Positions 16,177-23,654 of a stretch of 23,654 nt of DNA are shown here, piece after piece. The DNA comes from Candidatus Altiarchaeota archaeon (lineage in GTDB: Archaea > Altiarchaeota > Altiarchaeia > IMC4 > SCGC-AAA252-I15), in NCBI GenBank assembly GCA_043804895.1, contig JAZDIN010000033.1, positions 1 through 23,654 of the forward strand, given 5' to 3'. Position numbers and translations under genes: made by a program. The notes beneath the pieces are model-generated. The model made no database searches and had not been told where the DNA came from. It saw only the letters and a program-made list of their open reading frames with translations. Positions within the stretch are counted from its first letter, which is position 1. Every line of letters starts with the position of its first letter.

Positions 16177-17195
16177 CCTGAGAATATATCAGCCAGTGAG
16201 TGCCAGTAGTCGTCCACCCTCCGGTTTTTCACCGCCTCCCTAAGAGGCACCACCACTATCTCGTCGTTTCTGAGCGCCACCATCACGCTGAAGCGACCCT
16301 CCAGAACAGACTCGAGTGCCTTGACGCCGAAGCGTGTCGCTAGTATCCGGTCATCGACTGTCGGCGTCCCCCCGCGTTGCGTGTGGCCGAGCACGACCGT
16401 CCTTGTGTCGAACCCGAGCCTATTCCTTATCTCCCTCTTAAGCCAGTTGCCGACGCCCCCGATGGTGCTGTAGCCGAACGCGTCCTTTTCATCGGCGTTC
16501 GTCTGCACTCCCCCTCCCTTCTCATGGGCGCCTTCGGCCACGACGACGATTGTGAAGTTCCGTATCTGGTGCCTCTTCCTTATAGCCTCGCAGACTTCCT
16601 CTATGTCGAACGGCCTCTCTGGCACCAATATGAGGTCAGCGCCGCCTGCAATCCCTGACACCACCGCAATCCATCCTGCGTTGCGACCCATGACCTCGAC
16701 TATCATAACCCTATTATGCGACTCGGCCGTGGTGTGAACCCGGTCTATGGCCTCGACCGCGACAGTGACTGCTGTGTTGAACCCTATCGTCCTATCGGTC
16801 CCCAAGATGTCATTGTCTATGGTCTTAGGTATCCCTATCACGTTAAGCCCGGCGTCGCACATCCTGGATGCAACGCTTAATGTGCTGTCCCCGCCTATGA
16901 CGATGAGGGCGTCTAATACTACCTTACGGTAGCCGTCCAGTAGCTTCTTGAGTTCCACGTCCTTGTCGAAGATAGAGGAAGGTGTGGAGCCTAACATTGT
17001 GCCGCCCCGTATCAGGAGTCCTGAGACTACTGAGCGGTCAAGCGGTATGTAGTCGCCGTCTACCAGCCCCTTCCAGCCCTGTCTTATGCCAACGACTTCT
17101 GTGCCCGGCTCCTTCAATCCTCGCCTCACAATCGCGCGTATGGCTGGGTTGAGCCCGGGGCAGTCGCCTCCGCCTGTTAAGATTCCAACTCTCAT
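16173..17195 (-). CDS. pfkA: Second PfkA-family phosphofructokinase paralog with atypical phosphoryl-donor site
   Basis: LTGGGDCPGLN, GGTMLGSTP, IGGDST, PKTIDND, EVMGRNAGW and LGHTQRGG motifs. Likely ATG start at 17195. Confidence 0.88.
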   Translation of the reverse strand: MRVGILTGGGDCPGLNPAIRAIVRRGLKEPGTEVVGIRQGWKGLVDGDYIPLDRSVVSGLLIRGGTMLGSTPSSIFDKDVELKKLLDGYRKVVLDALIVIGGDSTLSVASRMCDAGLNVIGIPKTIDNDILGTDRTIGFNTAVTVAVEAIDRVHTTAESHNRVMIVEVMGRNAGWIAVVSGIAGGADLILVPERPFDIEEVCEAIRKRHQIRNFTIVVVAEGAHEKGGGVQTNADEKDAFGYSTIGGVGNWLKREIRNRLGFDTRTVVLGHTQRGGTPTVDDRILATRFGVKALESVLEGRFSVMVALRNDEIVVVPLREAVKNRRVDDYWHSLADIFSG

Positions 17196-17196
17196 G

Positions 17197-18141
17197 CTAG
17201 TAGTATTCCCTCGCGTCCCTGCAGGCCTTGAATATCTCCTCAAGGCTTTGGATGAGCTCCTTGTTTCCGATGTAGATCGGCACCCTTGAGTCCATGTTTA
17301 TCGGGTCTATGTCCAGGAGGTTCTTGGTCCCGCAGCTTGAGGAGCCTCCCGACTGTTCCGCAATCAAGGCCATCGGGTTGCCTTCGAACACTAGCCTAAG
17401 CTTACCCTTTGGCTTGTCTAGTGTGGCCGGGTACCCGAAGAATCCGCCGTTGTGTAGGACCTGGTTGAAGTCGCCGACGAAGCTGCCGCCGTAGCGTAGC
17501 TTCAATCCCTTGCTCCTCAGGAGTCGCACGAACAAGTCGAACTCCGGGACCCACTTGTCAGGGTTTCCTCCGACACCGTAGATTTTAGGTTCAGGCATCA
17601 TGAGATTCTCCGTTAGGAGCATGAACTCGTTTGTGGTTTTCCTGCCTTTAACGAACTCGTGGACTCCGTTGCCTGTTGTTATTACTAAAGTTGTGTTGGG
17701 GCCGTAGAGTTTGTAGAAGGCGGCTACCTGTTTCCTGCCTTTCCCGGGCTTGTCGGCGCCCTTGTAGACCCCAATTATCGTGCCGAAGAGGTTGTTGCTT
17801 TTCACATTGCTTGAGCCGTCCAACGGGTCCATTGCGACGTTGAACTTCCCCTTCCCGCCTTTGCTCTCGACAGGCTCAGGCAGCTCCTCGCTAACGACCA
17901 TCCTGACGAGGCCTGATTTTATCATCTCCTGAGTCAAAAGGTCATTGACCCACACGTCCAATGCCTTCTGGTCTTCGCCGTACTTGTTTTTTGTGCCAGC
18001 GTCGCCGAACCTGTGTGGGAACTCCTGGCGGATTGGTATCGCAAGAGAGGATACCAACATAATCAACTCAGCCAGGTCCTTGTCAACTTTCTTCTCAGCC
18101 AGAAAATCCTTTAGGGATACATCCTTTTCCAATTGAATCAC
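17197..18141 (-). CDS. fbp: Class 1 fructose-1,6-bisphosphatase
   Basis: NKYGEDQKALDV, VSEE, DPLDGSSN, LRYGGSFVGD, GKLRLVFEGNPMA and RVPIYIG motifs. Start is uncertain (GTG 18141, or TTG 18132 after a GGGGGTGA SD-like site). Confidence 0.92.
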   Translation of the reverse strand: MIQLEKDVSLKDFLAEKKVDKDLAELIMLVSSLAIPIRQEFPHRFGDAGTKNKYGEDQKALDVWVNDLLTQEMIKSGLVRMVVSEELPEPVESKGGKGKFNVAMDPLDGSSNVKSNNLFGTIIGVYKGADKPGKGRKQVAAFYKLYGPNTTLVITTGNGVHEFVKGRKTTNEFMLLTENLMMPEPKIYGVGGNPDKWVPEFDLFVRLLRSKGLKLRYGGSFVGDFNQVLHNGGFFGYPATLDKPKGKLRLVFEGNPMALIAEQSGGSSSCGTKNLLDIDPINMDSRVPIYIGNKELIQSLEEIFKACRDAREYY

Positions 18142-18211
18142 CCCCGGGGTAGATGGGATAATATTGAATATACGGTAATTTAAACTCGTGCCAGCTAGCA
18201 TGCTGTCCGCA

Positions 18212-19360
18212 TCAACTGAAGCCGCGTTTGATTCTGTCAAAGAGATTTCCTGATGGTTTGTCTTCTATCTTAGCTAGTTGCTCAACAAGTTCCCTCTGCT
18301 GTCGGCTCAGCTTCTTAGGCACCTCCACAGTCACCCGCACATTCTGGTCGCCTGCCCCGGACCTCTGTAGGCTTGGGAGGCCTTGGCCTCTGAGGCGGAA
18401 TACCGTGTGGCTTTGAGTGCCTGAGGGTATTTTCAACTTAGCCTTCCCTCGGATTGTTGGTACCTCAATTTCAGCGCCGAGGGCGACCTGGGTGAACGTT
18501 ACCGGGACTTCGCAGTTTAGGTCGTCTCCTTCCCTTCTGAAGAACGGATGCTCATTTTCGTGAATCACGACGTAGAGGTCTCCGCTCCCGCCACCGTATG
18601 CTCCGGCGTTGCCTTCGCCCTTGAGTCTGAGGTGATTGCCTTCGGCTATGCCTGCGGGAATCTTCACATCGATGTCCCTGCTCTTACGCTCTATCCCAGT
18701 ACCATTGCATGAAGGACACGGATTCTCAACAACCTTACCCCTGCCCCTGCATCGGCCGCATGTTGCCACAGTCTGGAAGACCCCAAACGGCGTCTTCTGC
18801 TGCCGCATCTGCTGGCCCCTGCCGTTGCATTCAGGGCATGTTTTCTGGCCACCAGTCTTGCTGCCTGTGCCCCTGCACTGGGAGCACCTCTCATAACGCG
18901 TGACATGTATCTTCTCCTCTTCACCGGAGGCTATCTCCTCGAGGCTGAGTTCTATGTCATATCTCATGTCAGCTCCCCTCGCCTCCCTAGGCTCCTGCCC
19001 TTGGAATCCGCGTTCTTGGCTGAAGAACATGTCGAATATGCTCCCGTGGCCGAAGAAGTCGGAACCCCGGAATAGGTCTTCTATGTCGCCGAAGTGGCTG
19101 AAGTCCTGCCACTGGAACCCGCCGCCTCCGGAGAAGTTGACTCCCTGGTGGCCGTACTGGTCGTAGTTGCCTTTCTTCGCAGGGTCAACCAACACCTCAT
19201 AAGCTTCGCTGAGTTCCTTGAACTTCCCCTCAGCCTCAGGACTTTTGTTAACGTCAGGGTGGTATTGTTTCGCAAGCTTCCGGTAGGCTGACTTGATCTC
19301 ATCCTCGCTCGCGCTCTTTGCGACACCCAACACCTCATAATAGTCGCGTTTCTCTGCCAT
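18212..19360 (-). CDS. dnaJ: Chaperone DnaJ
   Basis: J-domain HPD, G/F-rich region, four CxxCxGxG zinc repeats. Confidence 0.98.
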   Translation of the reverse strand: MAEKRDYYEVLGVAKSASEDEIKSAYRKLAKQYHPDVNKSPEAEGKFKELSEAYEVLVDPAKKGNYDQYGHQGVNFSGGGGFQWQDFSHFGDIEDLFRGSDFFGHGSIFDMFFSQERGFQGQEPREARGADMRYDIELSLEEIASGEEEKIHVTRYERCSQCRGTGSKTGGQKTCPECNGRGQQMRQQKTPFGVFQTVATCGRCRGRGKVVENPCPSCNGTGIERKSRDIDVKIPAGIAEGNHLRLKGEGNAGAYGGGSGDLYVVIHENEHPFFRREGDDLNCEVPVTFTQVALGAEIEVPTIRGKAKLKIPSGTQSHTVFRLRGQGLPSLQRSGAGDQNVRVTVEVPKKLSRQQRELVEQLAKIEDKPSGNLFDRIKRGFS

Positions 19361-19397
19361 CGTGGTTTAAATAATATAGTCGCCCAGGATAAATCAC

Positions 19398-20555
19398 TTA
19401 AAGTATCCTCAAGTCCGTTATGAGCCTGTCCCAAGTGGGATATTCTTCGACGACTGCTGGTCTGAGGCCAATTCCTTTTAATCCTTCGGCGAGTTCCTCT
19501 ACAATCCAGGCCCCCGTGAGTATGCGCAGCCGTGATTCGTCCAGTTCGATTAATTTAGAGTCTAGACTGTACGTCGACTTTATCTTACGCATAGCCGACG
19601 ATATTTTCCTCGTCAACGTCGCCTTCCTCGCAGGTTTCATCCCTTCTACTTTCTCCTTGTATCCGAACGAAGGCACAGTCTCCGGCAGGTAGATGGCGCC
19701 TCGGATGAGGAGGCCTTCTGTAGTCAAGATGTCATATTCCTTCGCGACATTCCTGGCCCTCCGCTTCATCCTATTCCTGAGTTGGACTCCGTCCTTAAGC
19801 TTCACGGTGCAGTAGTGCACCCGCAACCTGGTGTTCTTGGAGCAGTATTTCAAAAGCCTGTCCGCCGTCTCTGAGCTGCCTTTGACTGCGAAGGAGACGT
19901 CGCTTTCCGCCTCGTATCCCCTGCCAAGTAAGGCCTTGGCATTTGTCTCAGACACCTCCATCTGGTTGAGGTTAAGGAAGTGGACTCCCAGCTTGTCTAT
20001 TTCTTTGATGAATTTCACAGTCTCGTTAAAATAGTTAGGCACTACAGGTATCTCGCACCCCACATCCCAGTCATACTTCAAGGCCTCCTCGACTGCCCTA
20101 AGGTCTGCGCCGGCCTTTACAAACTGCGGGTGGAACCGTATCTCATCCAACCCGACACTATGGAGTCTCGCAATAGCCTTCGGTGTTGCGTGTCTGCCAT
20201 CAGTATATAGGTGTATGTGGAATTTCCTGCCGAATTTCCTCTTCAGTAAGCGTATATAGTGTAATGTCCTGTCCAACCTGCAAAGCGGGTCGCCGCCAGT
20301 TATGCCAGCACCTTCCGCGTCACAGAGCCTCGCCTCATCAAGGATGTCTTTGTCCCGTTTCACCCACCATTCGTTCGCGACGACGACATCCTTGTTCTTC
20401 TTCCTCTCGGAGAGCGGACAATACCAGCATCGACTGGAACATACGCCTGTCACGAGGAGCACTAGCTTAGCTCCCTTCACGCAGAGACGGCAGCCCCCAG
20501 GTAGACTGCCAATCCTCCTGCTGTGATACGGGGTGTCGACTACCCTCATGCTCAT
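19398..20555 (-). CDS. Uncharacterised archaeal radical SAM protein (COG2108-like)
   Basis: [49 protein letters not shown] and LDEIRFHP motifs; C-terminal EEYPT.D. Confidence 0.85.
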   Translation of the reverse strand: MSMRVVDTPYHSRRIGSLPGGCRLCVKGAKLVLLVTGVCSSRCWYCPLSERKKNKDVVVANEWWVKRDKDILDEARLCDAEGAGITGGDPLCRLDRTLHYIRLLKRKFGRKFHIHLYTDGRHATPKAIARLHSVGLDEIRFHPQFVKAGADLRAVEEALKYDWDVGCEIPVVPNYFNETVKFIKEIDKLGVHFLNLNQMEVSETNAKALLGRGYEAESDVSFAVKGSSETADRLLKYCSKNTRLRVHYCTVKLKDGVQLRNRMKRRARNVAKEYDILTTEGLLIRGAIYLPETVPSFGYKEKVEGMKPARKATLTRKISSAMRKIKSTYSLDSKLIELDESRLRILTGAWIVEELAEGLKGIGLRPAVVEEYPTWDRLITDLRIL

Positions 20556-22423
20556 TTGCCGTCTTTGTCGTCGACCTTGTATTCCGCATCGACGACGTTA
20601 TCGCCGTCCTTTCCGCCTTCTTTCTTCTCCCCGCCCTGCTGGCTCTGCGGCTGTTGCTGCTGGTACTTCTGGGCAGCCTCCTGGTAGACTTTGGTGAACA
20701 GCTCCTGGCTGCTCTTGGAAAGCTCCTCAGTCGCCTTCTTTATCTTCTCCACGTCCTTGCCTTTCAAGGCTTCCTTCAGTTCCGCGAGCTTCTTCTCAGC
20801 GTCGGCTTTCTTGTCCTTCTCAAGCTTGTCCCCAAGGTCCTTCATGGCCTTTTCGACCGAGTATGCGAGGGAGTCGCCTGCGTTCTGTGCTTCAGCTGAT
20901 TCCTTCCGTTTCGCATCCTCATCTGCGAATTTTTCCGCATTCTTCACCATCTGCTCGATTTCCTTGTCAGACAGCTTCTTGGATGCGGAGATGGTTATCT
21001 TCTGCTCGTTGCCTGTTCCGAGGTCCTTCGCAGAGACGTGCATTATCCCGTTGACGTCGATGTCGAATGTAACCTCAATTTGTGGGATTCCCCTCGGAGC
21101 CGGGGGTATGCCGACTAGGCTGAATCTTCCGAGCGTCGTGTTGTCTTGGGCCATCGGCCTCTCGCCCTGCTGCACGTGCACTTCGACTGTTGACTGGTTG
21201 TCTGCTGCTGTGCTGAAGACCTGGCTCTTTTTAGTGGGGATTGTTGTGTTGCGGTCTATCAGCTTTGTGAACACTCCGCCGAGGGTCTCAATGCCAAGGG
21301 ACAGCGGCGTGACATCCAATAGTAGTATGTCCTTCACCTCCCCAGCCAAGACGCCGGCCTGTATGGCAGCACCCATTGCCACGCACTCCATCGGGTCTAC
21401 TGCGCGCTCAGGGTCCTTGTTGAAGAACCGCTTAAACGCCTCCTGCACGCACGGCATCCTCGTTGGACCGCCGACGAGTATTATCTTGTCTATCTTGATC
21501 CTGTCGATTTTCGCATCCTCTATCGCCCTCTGCATTGGGGGAATCAGCCTCTGGATTATGTCATCGACAAGCTCCTCGAGCTTCGACCTGGACATGTTCA
21601 TCTCAAGGTGTTTCGGGCTGCCCTCCCGGTCCATTGTGATGAATGGAAGGTTTATGCTCGTAGTCGTAGTCGAGGACAACTCTATCTTAGCCTTCTCAGC
21701 AGCCTCCCTGACCCGCTGGATGGCCTTCTTGTCCTTACTTAAATCGAGACCCTCAACCTTCTTGAACTCGCCGACAATCCAGTCCATTATCCTCGCATCC
21801 ATGTCCGTGCCACCAAGCTGAGTGTCGCCGGACGTTGAGATCACCTCGAACACAGACTCGCCCATCTCCATTATAGTGACGTCGAACGTTCCTCCGCCAA
21901 GGTCAAGGACTGCTATCTTCATCTCCTTCCCGCCCTTGTCCAGTCCATAAGCCAATGCCGCGGCAGTCGGCTCGTTGATGATTCTCTTAACCTCAAGGCC
22001 CGCGATCTTGCCAGCATCCTTTGTGGCCTGGCGCTGGTTGTCGTTGAAGTACGCTGGAACCGTTATCACAGCCTCGTTCACAGTGTCGCCGAGGAACGCC
22101 TCCGCATCCTGCCTGATTTTTTGTAGTATGAACGCAGAAATCTCCTGAGGAGTGTAATCCTTGTTGTTGATTTTTACCTTATAGTCAGTGCCCATCTTCC
22201 GCTTGATAGCCTGAATCGTCCGCTCGGGATTGGTTGCAGCCTGCCTCCTCGCCGGCTCCCCCACCAGACGTTGCCCGTCGGCAGTAAACGCCACATACGA
22301 CGGGAAAGACTTCCCACCGATGCTCGTACCCTCCGCACTTGGGATGATCGTCGGCCTACCAGCTATCATCGCCGCAGCAGCCGAATTACTCGTCCCAAGA
22401 TCAATACCTATAACCTTAGCCAT
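20552..22423 (-). CDS. dnaK: Chaperone DnaK (Hsp70)
   Basis: [25 protein letters not shown] and DVTPLSLG motifs; lacks the N-terminal insert of proteobacterial DnaK. Start ATG 22423. Confidence 0.98.
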   Translation of the reverse strand: MAKVIGIDLGTSNSAAAAMIAGRPTIIPSAEGTSIGGKSFPSYVAFTADGQRLVGEPARRQAATNPERTIQAIKRKMGTDYKVKINNKDYTPQEISAFILQKIRQDAEAFLGDTVNEAVITVPAYFNDNQRQATKDAGKIAGLEVKRIINEPTAAALAYGLDKGGKEMKIAVLDLGGGTFDVTIMEMGESVFEVISTSGDTQLGGTDMDARIMDWIVGEFKKVEGLDLSKDKKAIQRVREAAEKAKIELSSTTTTSINLPFITMDREGSPKHLEMNMSRSKLEELVDDIIQRLIPPMQRAIEDAKIDRIKIDKIILVGGPTRMPCVQEAFKRFFNKDPERAVDPMECVAMGAAIQAGVLAGEVKDILLLDVTPLSLGIETLGGVFTKLIDRNTTIPTKKSQVFSTAADNQSTVEVHVQQGERPMAQDNTTLGRFSLVGIPPAPRGIPQIEVTFDIDVNGIMHVSAKDLGTGNEQKITISASKKLSDKEIEQMVKNAEKFADEDAKRKESAEAQNAGDSLAYSVEKAMKDLGDKLEKDKKADAEKKLAELKEALKGKDVEKIKKATEELSKSSQELFTKVYQEAAQKYQQQQPQSQQGGEKKEGGKDGDNVVDAEYKVDDKDGK

Positions 22424-22910
22424 CCAAAACACCTCCGTTTTTAACAACAACGACCTTCGAAGCTCTAATGACCTTGCCGTTTAACATGTATCCTTTCTGT
22501 ATAACGTCTATTACCGTCCCGTCCGACTTTCCCTTGTCCGCCACGGTCTCGACAGCCTCGTGGAAGTCGTGGTCAAACTTTTCAGTAGGAATCTCAAGAA
22601 CGCCCTCGGCTGAAAGCACTGACATAAGCTGGCTGTGAACCTTCCTGAAACCATCTAAAATCCTAGCTTCACCATCACCCTTAGGCTGAACCTTCAAAGC
22701 AGCATCCATGGTGTCAACGACATCCAACAGCCGCACAACCAAACCTTTGGAAGCGTTCCTCACAAGCTCCCTACGCTCAGCCTCGCTCCGCTTCAAATGA
22801 TTCTCGAAGTCAGCCTGCAAACGCTGCAATAGGATGGTGTACTCCTCAAGCTGTTTCCCCAGTTCATCGGCTTCTGAGCCTTTCTTTTGGGGGTTTTTGT
22901 CTGAGTCCAT
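22416..22910 (-). CDS. grpE: Nucleotide exchange factor GrpE
   Basis: [17 protein letters not shown] and [18 protein letters not shown] motifs. Confidence 0.97.
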   Translation of the reverse strand: MDSDKNPQKKGSEADELGKQLEEYTILLQRLQADFENHLKRSEAERRELVRNASKGLVVRLLDVVDTMDAALKVQPKGDGEARILDGFRKVHSQLMSVLSAEGVLEIPTEKFDHDFHEAVETVADKGKSDGTVIDVIQKGYMLNGKVIRASKVVVVKNGGVLDG

Positions 22911-22988
22911 GGTAGTATCGAAAATGAGATGATGTATAGGTTTGCTCGTATATAAATCTTATTAACGACAAAAACAACTATTAATCAG

Positions 22989-23399
22989 ATGAGATATAAA
23001 ACCACAATACTCCTCCTAACACTACTCCTCATAGCAACCACAGCGGAAGCCCTCACAGGAGACCCCATAAAAGACGGCAAACGCATAACAGCATGCATAC
23101 TCAAACTCGTCAACGACACCGCACCATACATGACACTCCTGATGCTCATAATAGGAGGCATAACATACCTAGCATCAGAAGAAGACACGCAACAAAGACT
23201 AGTCGGGAAAAACTTCATGATGATAGGCGTAGTAGGCCTAATCCTCGTCACAGGACTAGTGGCCGTCGCAGCCATGGACCCGTTCAACATAACATTAGGA
23301 ACCTGCACACCGATGGGAACATTAACCCCGGAACCAATAACCGACCACAGCCGCCTGGAGGACCCCCCGCCCGGAACCGTAATAACAGGCAGCCCATAG
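22989..23399 (+). CDS. VirB2/TrbC-like pilin-domain membrane protein
   Basis: Signal peptide (ATTAEA), then two hydrophobic helices LLMLIIGGITYLAS-EEDTQQRLVGK-NFMMIGVVGLILV like T4SS-type pilins of CPR/DPANN; Pro/Thr-rich tail. Confidence 0.6.
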   Translation: MRYKTTILLLTLLLIATTAEALTGDPIKDGKRITACILKLVNDTAPYMTLLMLIIGGITYLASEEDTQQRLVGKNFMMIGVVGLILVTGLVAVAAMDPFNITLGTCTPMGTLTPEPITDHSRLEDPPPGTVITGSP

Positions 23400-23439
23400 A
23401 ATAGACCTAACCCCACGCAAATATTAACCCAAAAAGTTC

Positions 23440-23449
23440 TTGTAATATA
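23440..23449 (+). promoter_or_regulatory. Putative TATA box upstream of the truncated tRNA-Val 5' copy
   Basis: CAAAAAG-TTC-TTGTAATATA with the TATA-like part starting 25 bp before 23465. Confidence 0.45.
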
Positions 23450-23464
23450 CCCTGGTTATACAAT

Positions 23465-23484
23465 GGGCTCGTAGTCTAGTCCGG
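23465..23484 (+). repeat. Exact 20-bp duplicate of the tRNA-Val 5' end
   Basis: GGGCTCGTAGTCTAGTCCGG at 23465-23484 is identical to 23586-23605. Confidence 0.95.
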
Positions 23485-23585
23485 GAACCTTTTTCTTTCT
23501 TAGGAGAAAGAAAAACGTTCACGAAAAAGAAAGAACAAAAATTTAAACCCACCCAAACATAATACTCAAACCAAAGCAAAAAGAA
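23485..23585. mobile_element. Putative small hairpin insert between tRNA-Val 5'-end duplicates
   Basis: Hairpin GAAC-C-TTTTTCTTTCT-TAGG-AGAAAGAAAAA-C-GTTC (23485-23520) begins exactly at the breakpoint, followed by an A-rich tract. Mobility is inferred, not shown. Confidence 0.45.
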
Positions 23586-23654
23586 GGGCTCGTAGTCTAG
23601 TCCGGTTATGACGTCGCCTTTACGAGGCGAAGACCACCGGTTCGAATCCGGTCG
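23586..23654 (+). tRNA. tRNA-Val (anticodon TAC), 3' end cut by the window edge
   Basis: GGGCTCG acceptor 5' strand, D arm GTC/GAC, anticodon arm TCGCC-TTTACGA-GGCGA, T arm ACCGG-TTCGAAT-CCGGT. Confidence 0.93.

Noticed and set aside
15353-16243. 296-aa and 201-aa plus-strand ORFs
   Set aside because: Antisense shadows of the pfkA genes.
18142-18240. N-terminal extension of FBPase in the ORF track
   Set aside because: Overlaps the dnaJ end and AT-rich intergenic DNA; an SD-like site favours a start near 18141/18132.
20691-21821. 376-aa plus-strand ORF
   Set aside because: Long antisense ORFs opposite dnaK are a well-known codon-bias artefact.
22985-23416. 143-aa minus-strand ORF opposite the pilin-like gene
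   Set aside because: The plus-strand frame has an ATG, upstream TATAAA, a signal peptide and a family pattern, so the minus frame is the shadow.
5123-23654. Large integrated provirus or island starting at the tRNA-Ile 3' repeat
   Set aside because: The att-like repeats are only 85 bp apart, no integrase is present, and downstream genes are mostly housekeeping.

Overview
Archaeal chromosomal window. This is inferred from archaeal-type tRNAs, TATA/BRE-like promoters, PCNA PIP-box usage, a DnaK lacking the proteobacterial insert, and surface proteins resembling those of DPANN/Altiarchaeota; the taxon is not proven. From left to right it contains: a partial beta-alpha fused ADP-forming acyl-CoA synthetase (missed by the ORF track) next to a stand-alone Pat-like GNAT; an APH-type kinase and hypothetical genes; tRNA-Ile(GAT) inside about 650 bp of dense hairpins; a truncated SelB/EF-Tu-like gene abutting a DUF4130 + radical SAM/HhH DNA-repair pair; membrane and surface proteins; a bacterial-type sugar-phosphate cluster (fbp, two pfkA-like genes, aminotransferase, class II fba) split by two divergent toxin-antitoxin modules; grpE-dnaK-(radical SAM)-dnaJ; a VirB2/TrbC-like pilin; and tRNA-Val(TAC), cut by the window edge. 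The most striking signal is at the tRNAs. Both are preceded by an exact 17-20 bp duplicate of their own 5' end, broken in the D-loop and separated from the intact gene by a short hairpin-rich insert with an A-rich tail. tRNA-Ile also has a downstream duplicate of its 3' end. This suggests an undescribed family of small tRNA-targeting elements or tRNA-leader RNAs.
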